A DNA stretch of 55,932 nt. It comes from an uncultured Peptoniphilaceae bacterium (GTDB lineage: Bacteria > Bacillota > Clostridia > Tissierellales > Peptoniphilaceae). The translations under genes were made by a program, and so were the position numbers. This document shows positions 28,399-37,797 of this stretch, one piece after another (within the stretch, counting starts at the first letter, position 1; each line of letters begins with the position of its first letter). The DNA lies in contig CAYFUL010000001.1 in assembly GCA_964346375.1 (NCBI GenBank), positions 1 to 55,932 on the forward strand. Direction: 5' to 3'. Below the pieces are notes generated by a model that searched no databases, was not told where the DNA came from, and saw nothing but the letters and a program-made list of their open reading frames with translations.

Positions 28399-28755
28399 AT
28401 GAGATTAACTGAAACTGTACAATCTGGAGATTGGAAAAACGAAAAGCACGTACCTGTACTTCATGTAGAAAAATGTGAAGGAGTACTATGTATTAAAGCA
28501 GAAGTAGGAGAGGAAATAGAACATCCAAATACACTAGAGCATCATATCGCTTGGATAAAAGTATTCTTCCAACCAGAAGGAGCAAAATTCCCAATAGAAG
28601 TAGGTTCATATGAGTTCTCTGCACATGGAGAAGAAGAACTTACAACAAAACCAAAGGTTGAGTGTAATGTAAAGACAGATAAAAACGGAGTAGTTTACGC
28701 AATAAGCTACTGTAATATCCACGGACTTTGGGAAAACTCAGAAGAAGTTAAGTAA
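28399..28755 (+). CDS. Superoxide reductase (neelaredoxin / 1Fe-SOR type)
   Basis: EKHVPV, HPNTLEHHIAWI and CNIHGLW iron-ligand motifs in a 118-aa ORF. Confidence 0.8.
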   Translation: MRLTETVQSGDWKNEKHVPVLHVEKCEGVLCIKAEVGEEIEHPNTLEHHIAWIKVFFQPEGAKFPIEVGSYEFSAHGEEELTTKPKVECNVKTDKNGVVYAISYCNIHGLWENSEEVK

Positions 28756-28792
28756 AAAAAAGAGCTCGGATTTACTCCGAGCTTCTTTATTT
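28756..28792. terminator. Bidirectional rho-independent terminator
   Basis: 8-bp stem AGCTCGGA/TCCGAGCT (28763-28783), with an A-run before it and a T-rich tract after it. It sits between convergent genes. Confidence 0.75.
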
Positions 28793-29413
28793 TATACTGT
28801 CTATCATAACTGTTTCTATTAATCCCCCTGCGCCCTTTTTTATTTCATAGAGGTAATTTCCGTCGTCAACCATTGCTCCAACTTCTACTGGTATTCCTTT
28901 CTCCTTCATTAGCTTTGATACAAGTGCGCCTAGTGATGAAGATTCATTTTCTTCTATTTCCATGTTGTATTTTTTATTTAACTCATCTATCGTTATGGTT
29001 GCTGAGTATACATTTTCATGTTCTGAATCTAGGATACTTGATTCTACAAAGAACTTTCTCGTTGCAAATAGTATAAATATTGCTATTACTCCCAGTATTA
29101 AATCCTTCATATTGTGGGAGTAAACTAGCATTTTTCTAGATACTACTAAGCTCATAATGTGAATTATTGTTGCGTCGTTACGGGCGATCATAAGCATTAT
29201 AAATTCCACCGCTATTACCAATAGTAGTACATGGGATAAAAATTGTTGTAATAGTTCGTAGGAAAGTGCTACGTCTGATGTTAATATTTTGTAGTAGTAC
29301 TTTATTATATCTGGGAATGATATTATTATTCCTACTACTAAAAATATTGAGATTAATACTTCCACTACATGGGATATTTTGGTTATATTATTTAGATATT
29401 TTCTTTTATTCAT
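28787..29413 (-). CDS. Membrane protein: PsiE-like N-terminal domain fused to a CorC_HlyC-like C-terminal domain
   Basis: Four predicted TM helices. The C-terminal segment TIDELNKKYNMEIEENESSSLGALVSKLMKEKGIPVEVGAMVDDGNYLYEI resembles the transporter-associated domain. Its start is 8 nt after the sigma factor stop. Confidence 0.55.
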   Translation of the reverse strand: MNKRKYLNNITKISHVVEVLISIFLVVGIIISFPDIIKYYYKILTSDVALSYELLQQFLSHVLLLVIAVEFIMLMIARNDATIIHIMSLVVSRKMLVYSHNMKDLILGVIAIFILFATRKFFVESSILDSEHENVYSATITIDELNKKYNMEIEENESSSLGALVSKLMKEKGIPVEVGAMVDDGNYLYEIKKGAGGLIETVMIDSIK

Positions 29414-29420
29414 TTTTCAC

Positions 29421-30209
29421 CTAACTATTTATAGTTTTTTCTACTTCCTTTCTCATCTTCTCTAGTACTTTTTTTTCTATTCTCGATACTGTCATCTGTG
29501 ATATATCCAATTTTTTTGATATGGATACCTGGGTCTTCTTATTAAAATATCTGTCGATTAGTATAGTTTTTTCTACTTCGTTTAGACTTTCCATTGCCTT
29601 TTTTATAAAGTCATTTAACTCTATTCTATCGAAGTAGACTTCATTTCTTCCAATTAAATCCGATAAATTTACTTCCTTATCATCTCCATTACTATCATAG
29701 ATTAAATCCAATGACTGTGGAAGGTAGACCTTTGATGCCTCTATGGATTCTAGAACTTCTTCCTGAGTTACTCCTAAGTATTCTGCTATCTCTTCTATGG
29801 TAGGAGTTCTTTGATAAAGTTGATCTAGATGGACTTTTGCGTTATTTATCTTTTTTGAAAGCTCTTGTATTCTTCGGGGAACTCTTATTGTCCATCCCTT
29901 GTCTCTAAAGTATTTTTTTATCTCTCCTATTATTGTAGGTGTGGCAAAACTGGAAAACTCATATCCCTTTGACATATCATATCTGTCTATTGCATATATT
30001 AATCCCATTGATGCCACTTGAAATATATCATCATAATCAATCCCTCTACCAGTATATTTTTTAGAGAGAATTTCTGCTATATATAGATGTTCCTCAATTA
30101 GTATATCTCTAATCTCGCTATCCTTTGTTTTACTATATTCTAAAAACAGCTCTTTTCTCTCTTCCTTAGATAGACTTCTACCAAGCTGATAGTATTGATT
30201 CTTGTTCAT
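29421..30209 (-). CDS. sigB: Alternative sigma factor, SigB/F/G subfamily (SigB-like)
   Basis: Region 2 FQVASMGLIYAIDRYD. GWTIRVPRRIQEL resembles B. subtilis SigB VHVPRRIKEL. Region 4 HTH ISQMTVSRIEKK. An ATGA overlap joins it to the upstream gene. Confidence 0.8.
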   Translation of the reverse strand: MNKNQYYQLGRSLSKEERKELFLEYSKTKDSEIRDILIEEHLYIAEILSKKYTGRGIDYDDIFQVASMGLIYAIDRYDMSKGYEFSSFATPTIIGEIKKYFRDKGWTIRVPRRIQELSKKINNAKVHLDQLYQRTPTIEEIAEYLGVTQEEVLESIEASKVYLPQSLDLIYDSNGDDKEVNLSDLIGRNEVYFDRIELNDFIKKAMESLNEVEKTILIDRYFNKKTQVSISKKLDISQMTVSRIEKKVLEKMRKEVEKTINS

Positions 30210-30556
30210 CTTAAAACCTTTTTTATAACCATTTTACTATCACAGTTTTCTACTTCGTCTACTAGACAGTTTATTATTAATTTACTCATGGATAATTCTT
30301 CGTCATCTTCTATTTTATCTTGAGCTACTCCTGTGATTTGTACTTTTACATCTTCTCCTAGTAGGTATTGTATATTAATTGTATCTTCTAAATCAAGCTT
30401 TATGGCAATATTACAGGCTTCTGCTACTGCCATTTTCATATCTTCTATTTCCTCTATATTTAATTTTAAATTTGCCATTATTGAAGAGGTTAGAAGTCTT
30501 ACTGTAGATATATATTCAGCCTTTGCAGGTATTTGAAATTTTATATTATCATTCAT
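30206..30556 (-). CDS. RsbW/SpoIIAB-like anti-sigma factor with degenerate ATP-binding motifs
   Basis: The N-terminal half matches anti-sigma kinases (PAKAEYISTVRLLTSSI, MAVAEACNIAI N-box-like). The protein contains only two Gly residues and has no DxGxG or GxGxG. The ATG at 30556 overlaps the STAS gene stop (ATGAATGA). Confidence 0.6.
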   Translation of the reverse strand: MNDNIKFQIPAKAEYISTVRLLTSSIMANLKLNIEEIEDMKMAVAEACNIAIKLDLEDTINIQYLLGEDVKVQITGVAQDKIEDDEELSMSKLIINCLVDEVENCDSKMVIKKVLR

Positions 30557-30872
30557 TTTCTTCACCTTCAAAGATTAATAGTTCATCTAATTTTGTTATT
30601 TTAAATAGTTTTCGAAGATTGTCCTTTAAATTTCTTACATAGATTTTTTTGCCATCTTCTCCCAGTACGTTTAATAGATAGATTATTGAACCTAGTCCTG
30701 TTGAATCTATATAGGTTAATTCTGTACAGTCTAGTAGTATGTCTAATTTTTTCTTCTTGTACTCCTTAATAGTTTTCATTTTAAATTCCACATTACTGTA
30801 GATGTCCAGCTCGCCCTGTAACTTTACTTCGATTTTTTCTTTCTTTTCTTCAAATTCCAGTTTAAAATCCAT
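30549..30872 (-). CDS. rsbV: STAS-domain anti-sigma factor antagonist
   Basis: It carries the YIDSTGLG motif with the conserved phosphorylatable Ser. The ATG at 30872 lies 1 nt after the gyrA TAA, behind a GGAG inside the gyrA 3' end. Confidence 0.8.
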   Translation of the reverse strand: MDFKLEFEEKKEKIEVKLQGELDIYSNVEFKMKTIKEYKKKKLDILLDCTELTYIDSTGLGSIIYLLNVLGEDGKKIYVRNLKDNLRKLFKITKLDELLIFEGEENE

Positions 30873-30873
30873 T

Positions 30874-33306
30874 TTATTCTCCAATATATTTTGCTACGGC
30901 TACTATTTCTGAGTCCTTAATATTCATCAGTTTTACTCCTGATGTATTTCGTCCCATATTTGATATGCCGCTGGTTTCTATTCTTATTAGTACTCCATTT
31001 TCGGTAATCATCATTACCTCATCTGAATTATCTAGTACCTTTGCTGAAATTAGCTTTCCTGTTTTTTCCTTTGGTTTATAGGTTATTAATCCCTTTCCTC
31101 CTCTATTTTGTAATCTGTACTCTGTTAGAGGTGTCATTTTTCCAAAGCCCTTTTCTGAAATTACCAATAGGAATTTATCGTCTGATGCCAAATCAAATGA
31201 TACTACTTCGTCATCTTCGTCTAGTGTTATTCCTATTACTCCTATGGAATTTCTTCCCACTGGGTTTACATCGGATTCGTTAAATCTAATGCTCATTCCA
31301 TTTCTTGTTACCATTATTATTTCATCTGAGCCTGATGTTAATCTTACTCCTACTAGATCATCATCTTCCCTTAGCTTAATTCCTATTATACCTGTTCTTC
31401 TTATATTTAAAAACTCTGAGTAAAGGGTTTTCTTTATTAGTCCCTTCTTCGTTACCATTGTTAGACATGAATTTTCTCCTGTCTTTCCTATTGGTATTAT
31501 TGCTGTAACTACTTCCTCTGGTTCTAATTCCAATAGATTTATTATTGCAGTTCCCTTGGATATTCTTGAACCCTCTGGAATTTCGTATGCCTTTAAACTA
31601 AAACACTTACCCTTGTTGGTAAAGAATAGGATTCTGTCGTGGGTTGACGTTATAAATAGATCTGCTACAAAATCCTGTTCCTTTGTTGAAAGGGCAGATA
31701 CTCCCGTTCCTCCACGTTTTTGTGGCTTGTAGGTTCCCTCTGGCATTCTCTTTATATATCCCTGGTTAGTTATTGTTATAACTACGTCCTCTTTTTCCAC
31801 TAGATCTATTGTCTCTAGCTCTCCTTCAGATGGACGTACTACTGTTTTTCTTAAATCGGAATATTTTTCCTTTATCTCGTTTAATTCCTCTTTTATAGTT
31901 TCGTCTAGCAAGTAACTACTTTCAAGAATACTCTTTAATTTTTTTATTAGGATTATTAGATTTTTATACTCTTCATCTAATTTTTCTCTCTCTAGTCCTG
32001 TAAGTCTTCTAATTCTCATATCAAGAATTGCCTGACCTTGTACTTCTGAAAGTCCAAATTCCTGTGTAAATTTTGCCTTTGCTTCATTATCGTCCTTTGA
32101 TGAACGAACAATATCTATTATTCTGTCAATATTATCTAGGGCAATTTTTAATCCCTCAATAATATGAGCCCTTGCCTCTGCCTTATCTAAATCAAACTGT
32201 GTCCTTCTAGTTACTACATCTCTTTGGTGAGCGATGTAGTAGTGAATTAATTCCTTTAAATTTAAAATATTTGGTGCTCCATCTACTAGTGCCAAATTGA
32301 TTATACCAAATGTAACTTGTAGCTGTGAGTGTTTGTATAGATTATTTAAAACTACCTTTGGATTTGCATCTCTTCGTAGTTCTATTATTATCTTCATTCC
32401 CTTTCTTGAGGACTCATCTCTAATATTGGTTATTCCTTCTATTCGCTTCTGTTTTACAAGGTCTACTATTCTCATTATTAAGGTGGTCTTATTTACCTGG
32501 TAAGGTATTTCTGAAACTACTATTCTCTTTTTATTCTTCTGTTCTTCTATATCACATCTTGCACGAAGTTGTAGCTTACCCCTCCCTGTTGTATAGGCAT
32601 CTACTATTCCCTTCTTACCAAGAATTATTCCACCTGTTGGAAAATCTGGAGCCTTAATATGCTCCATTAATTCTTCAATGGTTATATCTGGATTGTCAAT
32701 ATATGCTATACATCCATCTATACTCTCCTTTAAATTATGGGGAGCCATATTTGTCGCCATACCTACTGCAATTCCACTTGATCCATTTACAAGTAGATTT
32801 GGAAATCTTGATGGAAGTACTACTGGTTCTAGTTCCCTCTCGTCAAAGTTAGGTTTCATATCTACAGTATTCTTATTTATATCCCTAAGCATTTCCGTAG
32901 CTAATTTTGCCATTCTAACTTCTGTATAACGCATTGCCGCTGCAGAGTCTCCGTCTATTGAACCAAAGTTTCCCTGTCCATCTACTAATGGATACCTTGT
33001 ATTAAAATTCTGAGCTAGTCTAACTGTTGCATCGTAAATACTTAAATCACCATGGGGGTGAAATTTTCCCATAATTTCCCCTACTAGAGTTGCAGATTTT
33101 CTATATCCCCTCTCTGGTGTAATACCTAGGGTTTGCATTCCGTAGATAATTCTTCTGTGTACTGGTTTTAATCCGTCTTTTACATCTGGTAGGGCACGGG
33201 AAACTATTACACTCATAGAATAGTCAAGGTAGGCTGATTTCATCTTCCTAACTATTCCAACATCTACTATGCCCTGTTCATTATCTATTTTATTTTCTTC
33301 ACTCAT
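30874..33306 (-). CDS. gyrA: DNA gyrase subunit A
   Basis: 810 aa with the AAMRYTE active-site Tyr motif and C-terminal beta-pinwheel repeats. Confidence 0.97.
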   Translation of the reverse strand: MSEENKIDNEQGIVDVGIVRKMKSAYLDYSMSVIVSRALPDVKDGLKPVHRRIIYGMQTLGITPERGYRKSATLVGEIMGKFHPHGDLSIYDATVRLAQNFNTRYPLVDGQGNFGSIDGDSAAAMRYTEVRMAKLATEMLRDINKNTVDMKPNFDERELEPVVLPSRFPNLLVNGSSGIAVGMATNMAPHNLKESIDGCIAYIDNPDITIEELMEHIKAPDFPTGGIILGKKGIVDAYTTGRGKLQLRARCDIEEQKNKKRIVVSEIPYQVNKTTLIMRIVDLVKQKRIEGITNIRDESSRKGMKIIIELRRDANPKVVLNNLYKHSQLQVTFGIINLALVDGAPNILNLKELIHYYIAHQRDVVTRRTQFDLDKAEARAHIIEGLKIALDNIDRIIDIVRSSKDDNEAKAKFTQEFGLSEVQGQAILDMRIRRLTGLEREKLDEEYKNLIILIKKLKSILESSYLLDETIKEELNEIKEKYSDLRKTVVRPSEGELETIDLVEKEDVVITITNQGYIKRMPEGTYKPQKRGGTGVSALSTKEQDFVADLFITSTHDRILFFTNKGKCFSLKAYEIPEGSRISKGTAIINLLELEPEEVVTAIIPIGKTGENSCLTMVTKKGLIKKTLYSEFLNIRRTGIIGIKLREDDDLVGVRLTSGSDEIIMVTRNGMSIRFNESDVNPVGRNSIGVIGITLDEDDEVVSFDLASDDKFLLVISEKGFGKMTPLTEYRLQNRGGKGLITYKPKEKTGKLISAKVLDNSDEVMMITENGVLIRIETSGISNMGRNTSGVKLMNIKDSEIVAVAKYIGE

Positions 33307-33314
33307 TTAATCAC

Positions 33315-35255
33315 CTACGCATCTAAGTTCTCTACATATAGAGCATTTTCTTGAATAAATTCTCGCCTTGGCTCAACATCACTTCCCATTAACATTGAGA
33401 AAGTACTATCTGCTGAATTAAAATCATCTATTTCGATTCTAAGTAACATTCTAGTATCTGGGTTCATAGTTGTATCCCAAAGTTGGTCTGCGTTCATCTC
33501 TCCAAGTCCCTTGTACCTTGCTATACGATAATTTTTATCCCTTCCTAGGTCGTCTAATGCCTTTGAAAGCTCTTCATCATCGTAGCAATACCTAATTACC
33601 TTTTCTCCTCTTTTAATTCCATATAGAGGCGGTAGAGCTACATATACATGGCCCTCCTCTATTAGTGGTCTCATATATCTAAAGAAAAATGTAAGTAGTA
33701 GTGTCATAATATGAGCGCCGTCTACGTCGGCATCTGTCATAATTATTATCTTACCGTACCTAAGTTCATCTAAATTAAAGTCCTGCTTTATTTTAGTTCC
33801 CCTAGTATCAATTCCTGTACCTATTGCCGTAATAAGTGCCTTAATTTCATCTGAGTTAAGCATGGAATCCAGTCCTGCCTTCTCTACATTCATTATCTTT
33901 CCCTTTAATGGAAGTATTGCCTGAATATTTGAATCTCTTCCTGTAGTAGCACTACCTCCCGCAGAGTCCCCCTCTACTAAAAATAGTTCATTTACATTTA
34001 TATCAGACTCGTGACAATCTCTTAGCTTTCCTGGAAGAGTCATATTGTCCATTAGAGATCTCTTTCTAGTTAAATCCCTTGCCTTTCTTGCAGCTTCCCT
34101 TGCTCTCCTTGCAGAAAGTGCCTTATCTAGTATGACCTTTGAAACTTTTGGATTCTCCTCTAAAAATTCTGATAGTTTTTCACTTATTACATTATCTACA
34201 ATTCCTCTAATTTCAGAGTTACCTAATTTTCCCTTAGTCTGTCCTTCAAATTGTGGATTTGAAAGTTTTACAGATATTACTCCAGTAAGTCCTTCCCTAA
34301 CGTCCTCTCCCGTTAGATTTTCTTCCTTCTCCTTAATAATATTGTACTTTCTTCCATAGTCGTTAATAGTCCTTGTAAGTGCCGATCTAAATCCTGAAAG
34401 GTGAGTTCCTCCGTCTATGGTGTTAATATTATTTGCAAAGGTTAGTATATTTTCAGAATAGGAATCTGTATATTGAAAGGCTGCTTCTACTCTACTATCC
34501 TCTCTTACTTCATCCATATATATTATTTCTTCGTGTACTGGCTGTTTCTTTTTATTAATATACTCTACAAAGGACTTTATTCCTCCCTCGTAGTGGTACG
34601 TTTCATCAAAGTCATGTCTTTCATCTATAAATCTTAGACTAACTCCCTTATTTAGAAATGCCATCTCTCTAAATCTATTTGATAGTGTCTCTGTTTCAAA
34701 AATCACTGTATCAAAAATTGTATCGTCTGGAGTAAATTCTATAGTAGTTCCAGTTTCCTTTTCTGGTACTTCTCCTATTACTTCAAGTCCACTTGTAGGA
34801 ACTCCCTTTGAAAATGACTGTCTATATTTTTTTCCTCCCCTTTTTACTGTGGCAGTTAGACTATTTGAAAGGGCATTTACTACTGAAACACCTACTCCAT
34901 GTAATCCTCCTGAAAATTCATAGGCATTGTTATTAAATTTTCCCCCTGCGTGGAGAATTGTAAGTACAGTTTCAACTGTACTCTTTCCAGTTTGAGGATG
35001 AATTTCCACAGGAATACCTGAACCATTATCCTCTATTGAAACTGAACCGTCTTTAAAAATCTTTATAATAATACTATCACATATACCTGCAAGGGCTTCG
35101 TCTATGGAGTTATCCACTACCTCATATACCATATGGTGTAGTCCTCTAATTCCAGTAGAACCAATATACATTCCCGGTCTAGTTCGTACAGGTTCAAGTC
35201 CTGTTAAGACCTTTATATCACTTGCAGTATAATGTCTATTTTCTTTATTTCTCAT
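33315..35255 (-). CDS. gyrB: DNA gyrase subunit B
   Basis: 646 aa with YEVVDNSIDEA, LVEGDSAGG and PLKGKIMNVE motifs. Confidence 0.97.
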   Translation of the reverse strand: MRNKENRHYTASDIKVLTGLEPVRTRPGMYIGSTGIRGLHHMVYEVVDNSIDEALAGICDSIIIKIFKDGSVSIEDNGSGIPVEIHPQTGKSTVETVLTILHAGGKFNNNAYEFSGGLHGVGVSVVNALSNSLTATVKRGGKKYRQSFSKGVPTSGLEVIGEVPEKETGTTIEFTPDDTIFDTVIFETETLSNRFREMAFLNKGVSLRFIDERHDFDETYHYEGGIKSFVEYINKKKQPVHEEIIYMDEVREDSRVEAAFQYTDSYSENILTFANNINTIDGGTHLSGFRSALTRTINDYGRKYNIIKEKEENLTGEDVREGLTGVISVKLSNPQFEGQTKGKLGNSEIRGIVDNVISEKLSEFLEENPKVSKVILDKALSARRAREAARKARDLTRKRSLMDNMTLPGKLRDCHESDINVNELFLVEGDSAGGSATTGRDSNIQAILPLKGKIMNVEKAGLDSMLNSDEIKALITAIGTGIDTRGTKIKQDFNLDELRYGKIIIMTDADVDGAHIMTLLLTFFFRYMRPLIEEGHVYVALPPLYGIKRGEKVIRYCYDDEELSKALDDLGRDKNYRIARYKGLGEMNADQLWDTTMNPDTRMLLRIEIDDFNSADSTFSMLMGSDVEPRREFIQENALYVENLDA

Positions 35256-36358
35256 ACACTCTCCTCATGTGAAATACCATTATCTATTTTATAAATGCGA
35301 GCATCTCTTCCTTTAAATATTCTTCTTAACTCATCTATTGGTTCAACTGTAGTTATAAAACACTGTTGGTCCTTTATACTTTCCATTAAGAAGTTTTTTC
35401 TATTAAAATCAAGTTCTGAAAATACATCGTCTAAAAGAAGTATGGGGTTGTACCCAGATTTGTCTTTTATAATTTTTGACTCTGCTAATTTTATAGACAG
35501 TATTGTACTTCTAATCTGTCCCTGGGAGCCAAATTCCCTTAAATTTTTCCCTGAAAGTTCAAATCGTAAATCATCCCTTGTTGGTCCAACTAAAGTATAT
35601 CCCCTTTGAATTTCCTCATCCTTTTTTCTCTCCAACTCCCTTAAAAAGTTCTCCCTAATTTTTTTCTCATCCTGTTCTATAGGAAATGTACTTAGGTAGG
35701 TTATATTTAAACTCTCTTTGGAAATTGATGAGTGAATTTCACTTACTCGCATATTTAATTCTCTAATAAATTTTAGTCTTTCTCTGTATATATAGGACCC
35801 GATTTTTACAAGCTCTAGGTTGTATATATTGAGAAGAAGATTAAAATCTCTATTGTACCTCTGTTTAAGAAGCTTATTTCGCTCTTGAAGTACATTTTTA
35901 TATCTATTGTTACTGTATAGGTAGTATGGATCAATTCCCTCGATTAAATTGTCTAAAAATCTCCTTCTGTCACTTGGAGAATTTTTAATCATATTTAAAT
36001 CATCTGGTGTAAATACCACTACCGACCCTAATTTTTTTAAATCTCTATATCTATTTAGGGGTTTTTCATCTACGGTAATTTTCTTTTTCTCTCTGTCCAT
36101 ATAGTAGTTGTACTTATGAAGAATATTGTCAATTTTTACTTCTCCATAGAGATTTAAATAGGGTGAGTTAAAATTTATTGTTTCAGGTTCTCTATTAGTT
36201 CTAAAACTTCTGCCATTTATTAATATAGAAATTCCTTCAAGAAGATTGGTCTTTCCCTTGGCATTTTCTCCATAAAATACATTTAAACCACTATGGGGAT
36301 TTAGCTCCTCATATTTGTAATTTCTAAAATTCTCAAGTACAAGCTCTATAATATTCAA
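35252..36358 (-). CDS. recF: DNA replication and repair protein RecF
   Basis: Walker A GENAKGKTNLLE in a 368-aa ORF. It overlaps gyrB by 4 nt. Confidence 0.95.
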   Translation of the reverse strand: MNIIELVLENFRNYKYEELNPHSGLNVFYGENAKGKTNLLEGISILINGRSFRTNREPETINFNSPYLNLYGEVKIDNILHKYNYYMDREKKKITVDEKPLNRYRDLKKLGSVVVFTPDDLNMIKNSPSDRRRFLDNLIEGIDPYYLYSNNRYKNVLQERNKLLKQRYNRDFNLLLNIYNLELVKIGSYIYRERLKFIRELNMRVSEIHSSISKESLNITYLSTFPIEQDEKKIRENFLRELERKKDEEIQRGYTLVGPTRDDLRFELSGKNLREFGSQGQIRSTILSIKLAESKIIKDKSGYNPILLLDDVFSELDFNRKNFLMESIKDQQCFITTVEPIDELRRIFKGRDARIYKIDNGISHEESV

Positions 36359-36366
36359 AGTACCAC

Positions 36367-36567
36367 CTAAATTATTACCAACTCATTATCTAAAAACTTG
36401 ACCCTGTCATTTTTTCTAATCTTTCTTCCTCGTCTTAACTCTACTTCTCCATTCACCTCTACCATTCCTTCAGAGATTACAAATTTTGCCTCTCCTCCAG
36501 ATTGTACTAGGCTTGCATATTTTAGTAGAGAGTCTAGTTTTATATAGTCCTCGATTGCAATTTCCAT
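36367..36567 (-). CDS. yaaA: S4-domain RNA-binding protein YaaA
   Basis: 66-aa S4-like ORF in the conserved position between dnaN and recF. Confidence 0.8.
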   Translation of the reverse strand: MEIAIEDYIKLDSLLKYASLVQSGGEAKFVISEGMVEVNGEVELRRGRKIRKNDRVKFLDNELVII

Positions 36568-37664
36568 TATCCCACCATCCTTACTGGAAGAACTAGGTAT
36601 AGGTAACCTTCGTCCTCTTCACTTTTGATAATACATGGATTTACAGAATCGGTAAAATACATATTTATCTTATCTGCGTCAATATTCTTTATTCCATCAA
36701 GGATATATTTTGAATTAAATGCTATATTTAAACTGCTTCCATCAGTTTGGCAGAGTACAGTTTCATTTACATCTCCTATTTCAGAGTTGGAACTAATTCC
36801 AATTATTCCGCCTTCTATGGAAAGTTTTACTAAATTAGTTCTCTCCTCTTTTGCAAGTAGTCCTGCTCTTTCTAGTGAAGACTGAATTTCTTCCCTTACT
36901 ACATTTACAACTAATGAATGGTCTATATTTGCTAGCTGTTCATATTGGAAGTACTTTTCTGTAAGAAGTACTGTAAAAAATTGTGTACTTCCTAAATCCA
37001 CCATTATTGAATTTCCACTAACCCATATTGTTAGATTTTCTTCTTCCTCATCTAGTATTTTATACAGTTCATTTAAACTTCTTCCTGGAATTATACATTC
37101 CTCTTCAAATTCACTTTTTATATCCATGGTCTTTAGACTCATTCTAAATCCATCTAGTGCTACAAAATTTAGGTGAGTATTTTTTATATCTAGTAGTACT
37201 CCCGTAAGGGCTATTCTCGTTTCATCTAGTGATACTGCAAAAATTGTCTGTTTTATGGCGTTTTTTAGTGAAGATACACTCATAGTTACAGATTTTTCAA
37301 GTGGTATTCTCATAATCTGAGGAAATTCATTTCCACTTTGGCAGCTAATATTAAACTGAGAATTTTCACAGACTATATTCATAATATTATTGGTTACTTT
37401 TACATTTAATACAGAATCTGGTAATTTTCTAACTATATCTCCAAATAGTCTAGATCCTACAACTATACTTCCCTCTTCTAGTACCTCACACTTTACGCTG
37501 GTAATTATACTTATTTCTGTATCAGTTCCTTGAAGTGTTAGGGTACCTTCCTTTGCTATTAAAAGAATTCCTTCAAGTATTTGTTTAGTAGTTCTAGAGG
37601 AAACTGCTTTTTGTACAATTTGAATATGTGCTAGTATATCTCTTTTTGATATTCTAAATTTCAT
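36567..37664 (-). CDS. dnaN: DNA polymerase III beta sliding clamp
   Basis: 365 aa in the conserved position after dnaA. The N-terminus is typical (MKFRISKRDILAHIQIVQKAVS). Confidence 0.95.
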   Translation of the reverse strand: MKFRISKRDILAHIQIVQKAVSSRTTKQILEGILLIAKEGTLTLQGTDTEISIITSVKCEVLEEGSIVVGSRLFGDIVRKLPDSVLNVKVTNNIMNIVCENSQFNISCQSGNEFPQIMRIPLEKSVTMSVSSLKNAIKQTIFAVSLDETRIALTGVLLDIKNTHLNFVALDGFRMSLKTMDIKSEFEEECIIPGRSLNELYKILDEEEENLTIWVSGNSIMVDLGSTQFFTVLLTEKYFQYEQLANIDHSLVVNVVREEIQSSLERAGLLAKEERTNLVKLSIEGGIIGISSNSEIGDVNETVLCQTDGSSLNIAFNSKYILDGIKNIDADKINMYFTDSVNPCIIKSEEDEGYLYLVLPVRMVG

Positions 37665-37797
37665 AATTCCTCCTTGGATGTATTAAATAGATAGTATTAG
37701 TAGTAGGAGTTGTTAGTATGTGAATAAGTCATAGTAAATACTAAAACTCCAAAAATTTCTATTTAATAGATTGTGGATAAGTGAAAAAATATCCACA
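37665..37797. other. oriC segment between dnaA and dnaN (DnaA boxes plus DnaA-trio-like repeats)
   Basis: Perfect TGTGGATAA at 37772-37780. One-mismatch boxes at 37719-37727 (TGTGAATAA) and 37789-37797 (ATATCCACA). TAG TAT TAG TAG TAG GAG at 37692-37709, on the dnaN side of the boxes. Confidence 0.7.
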
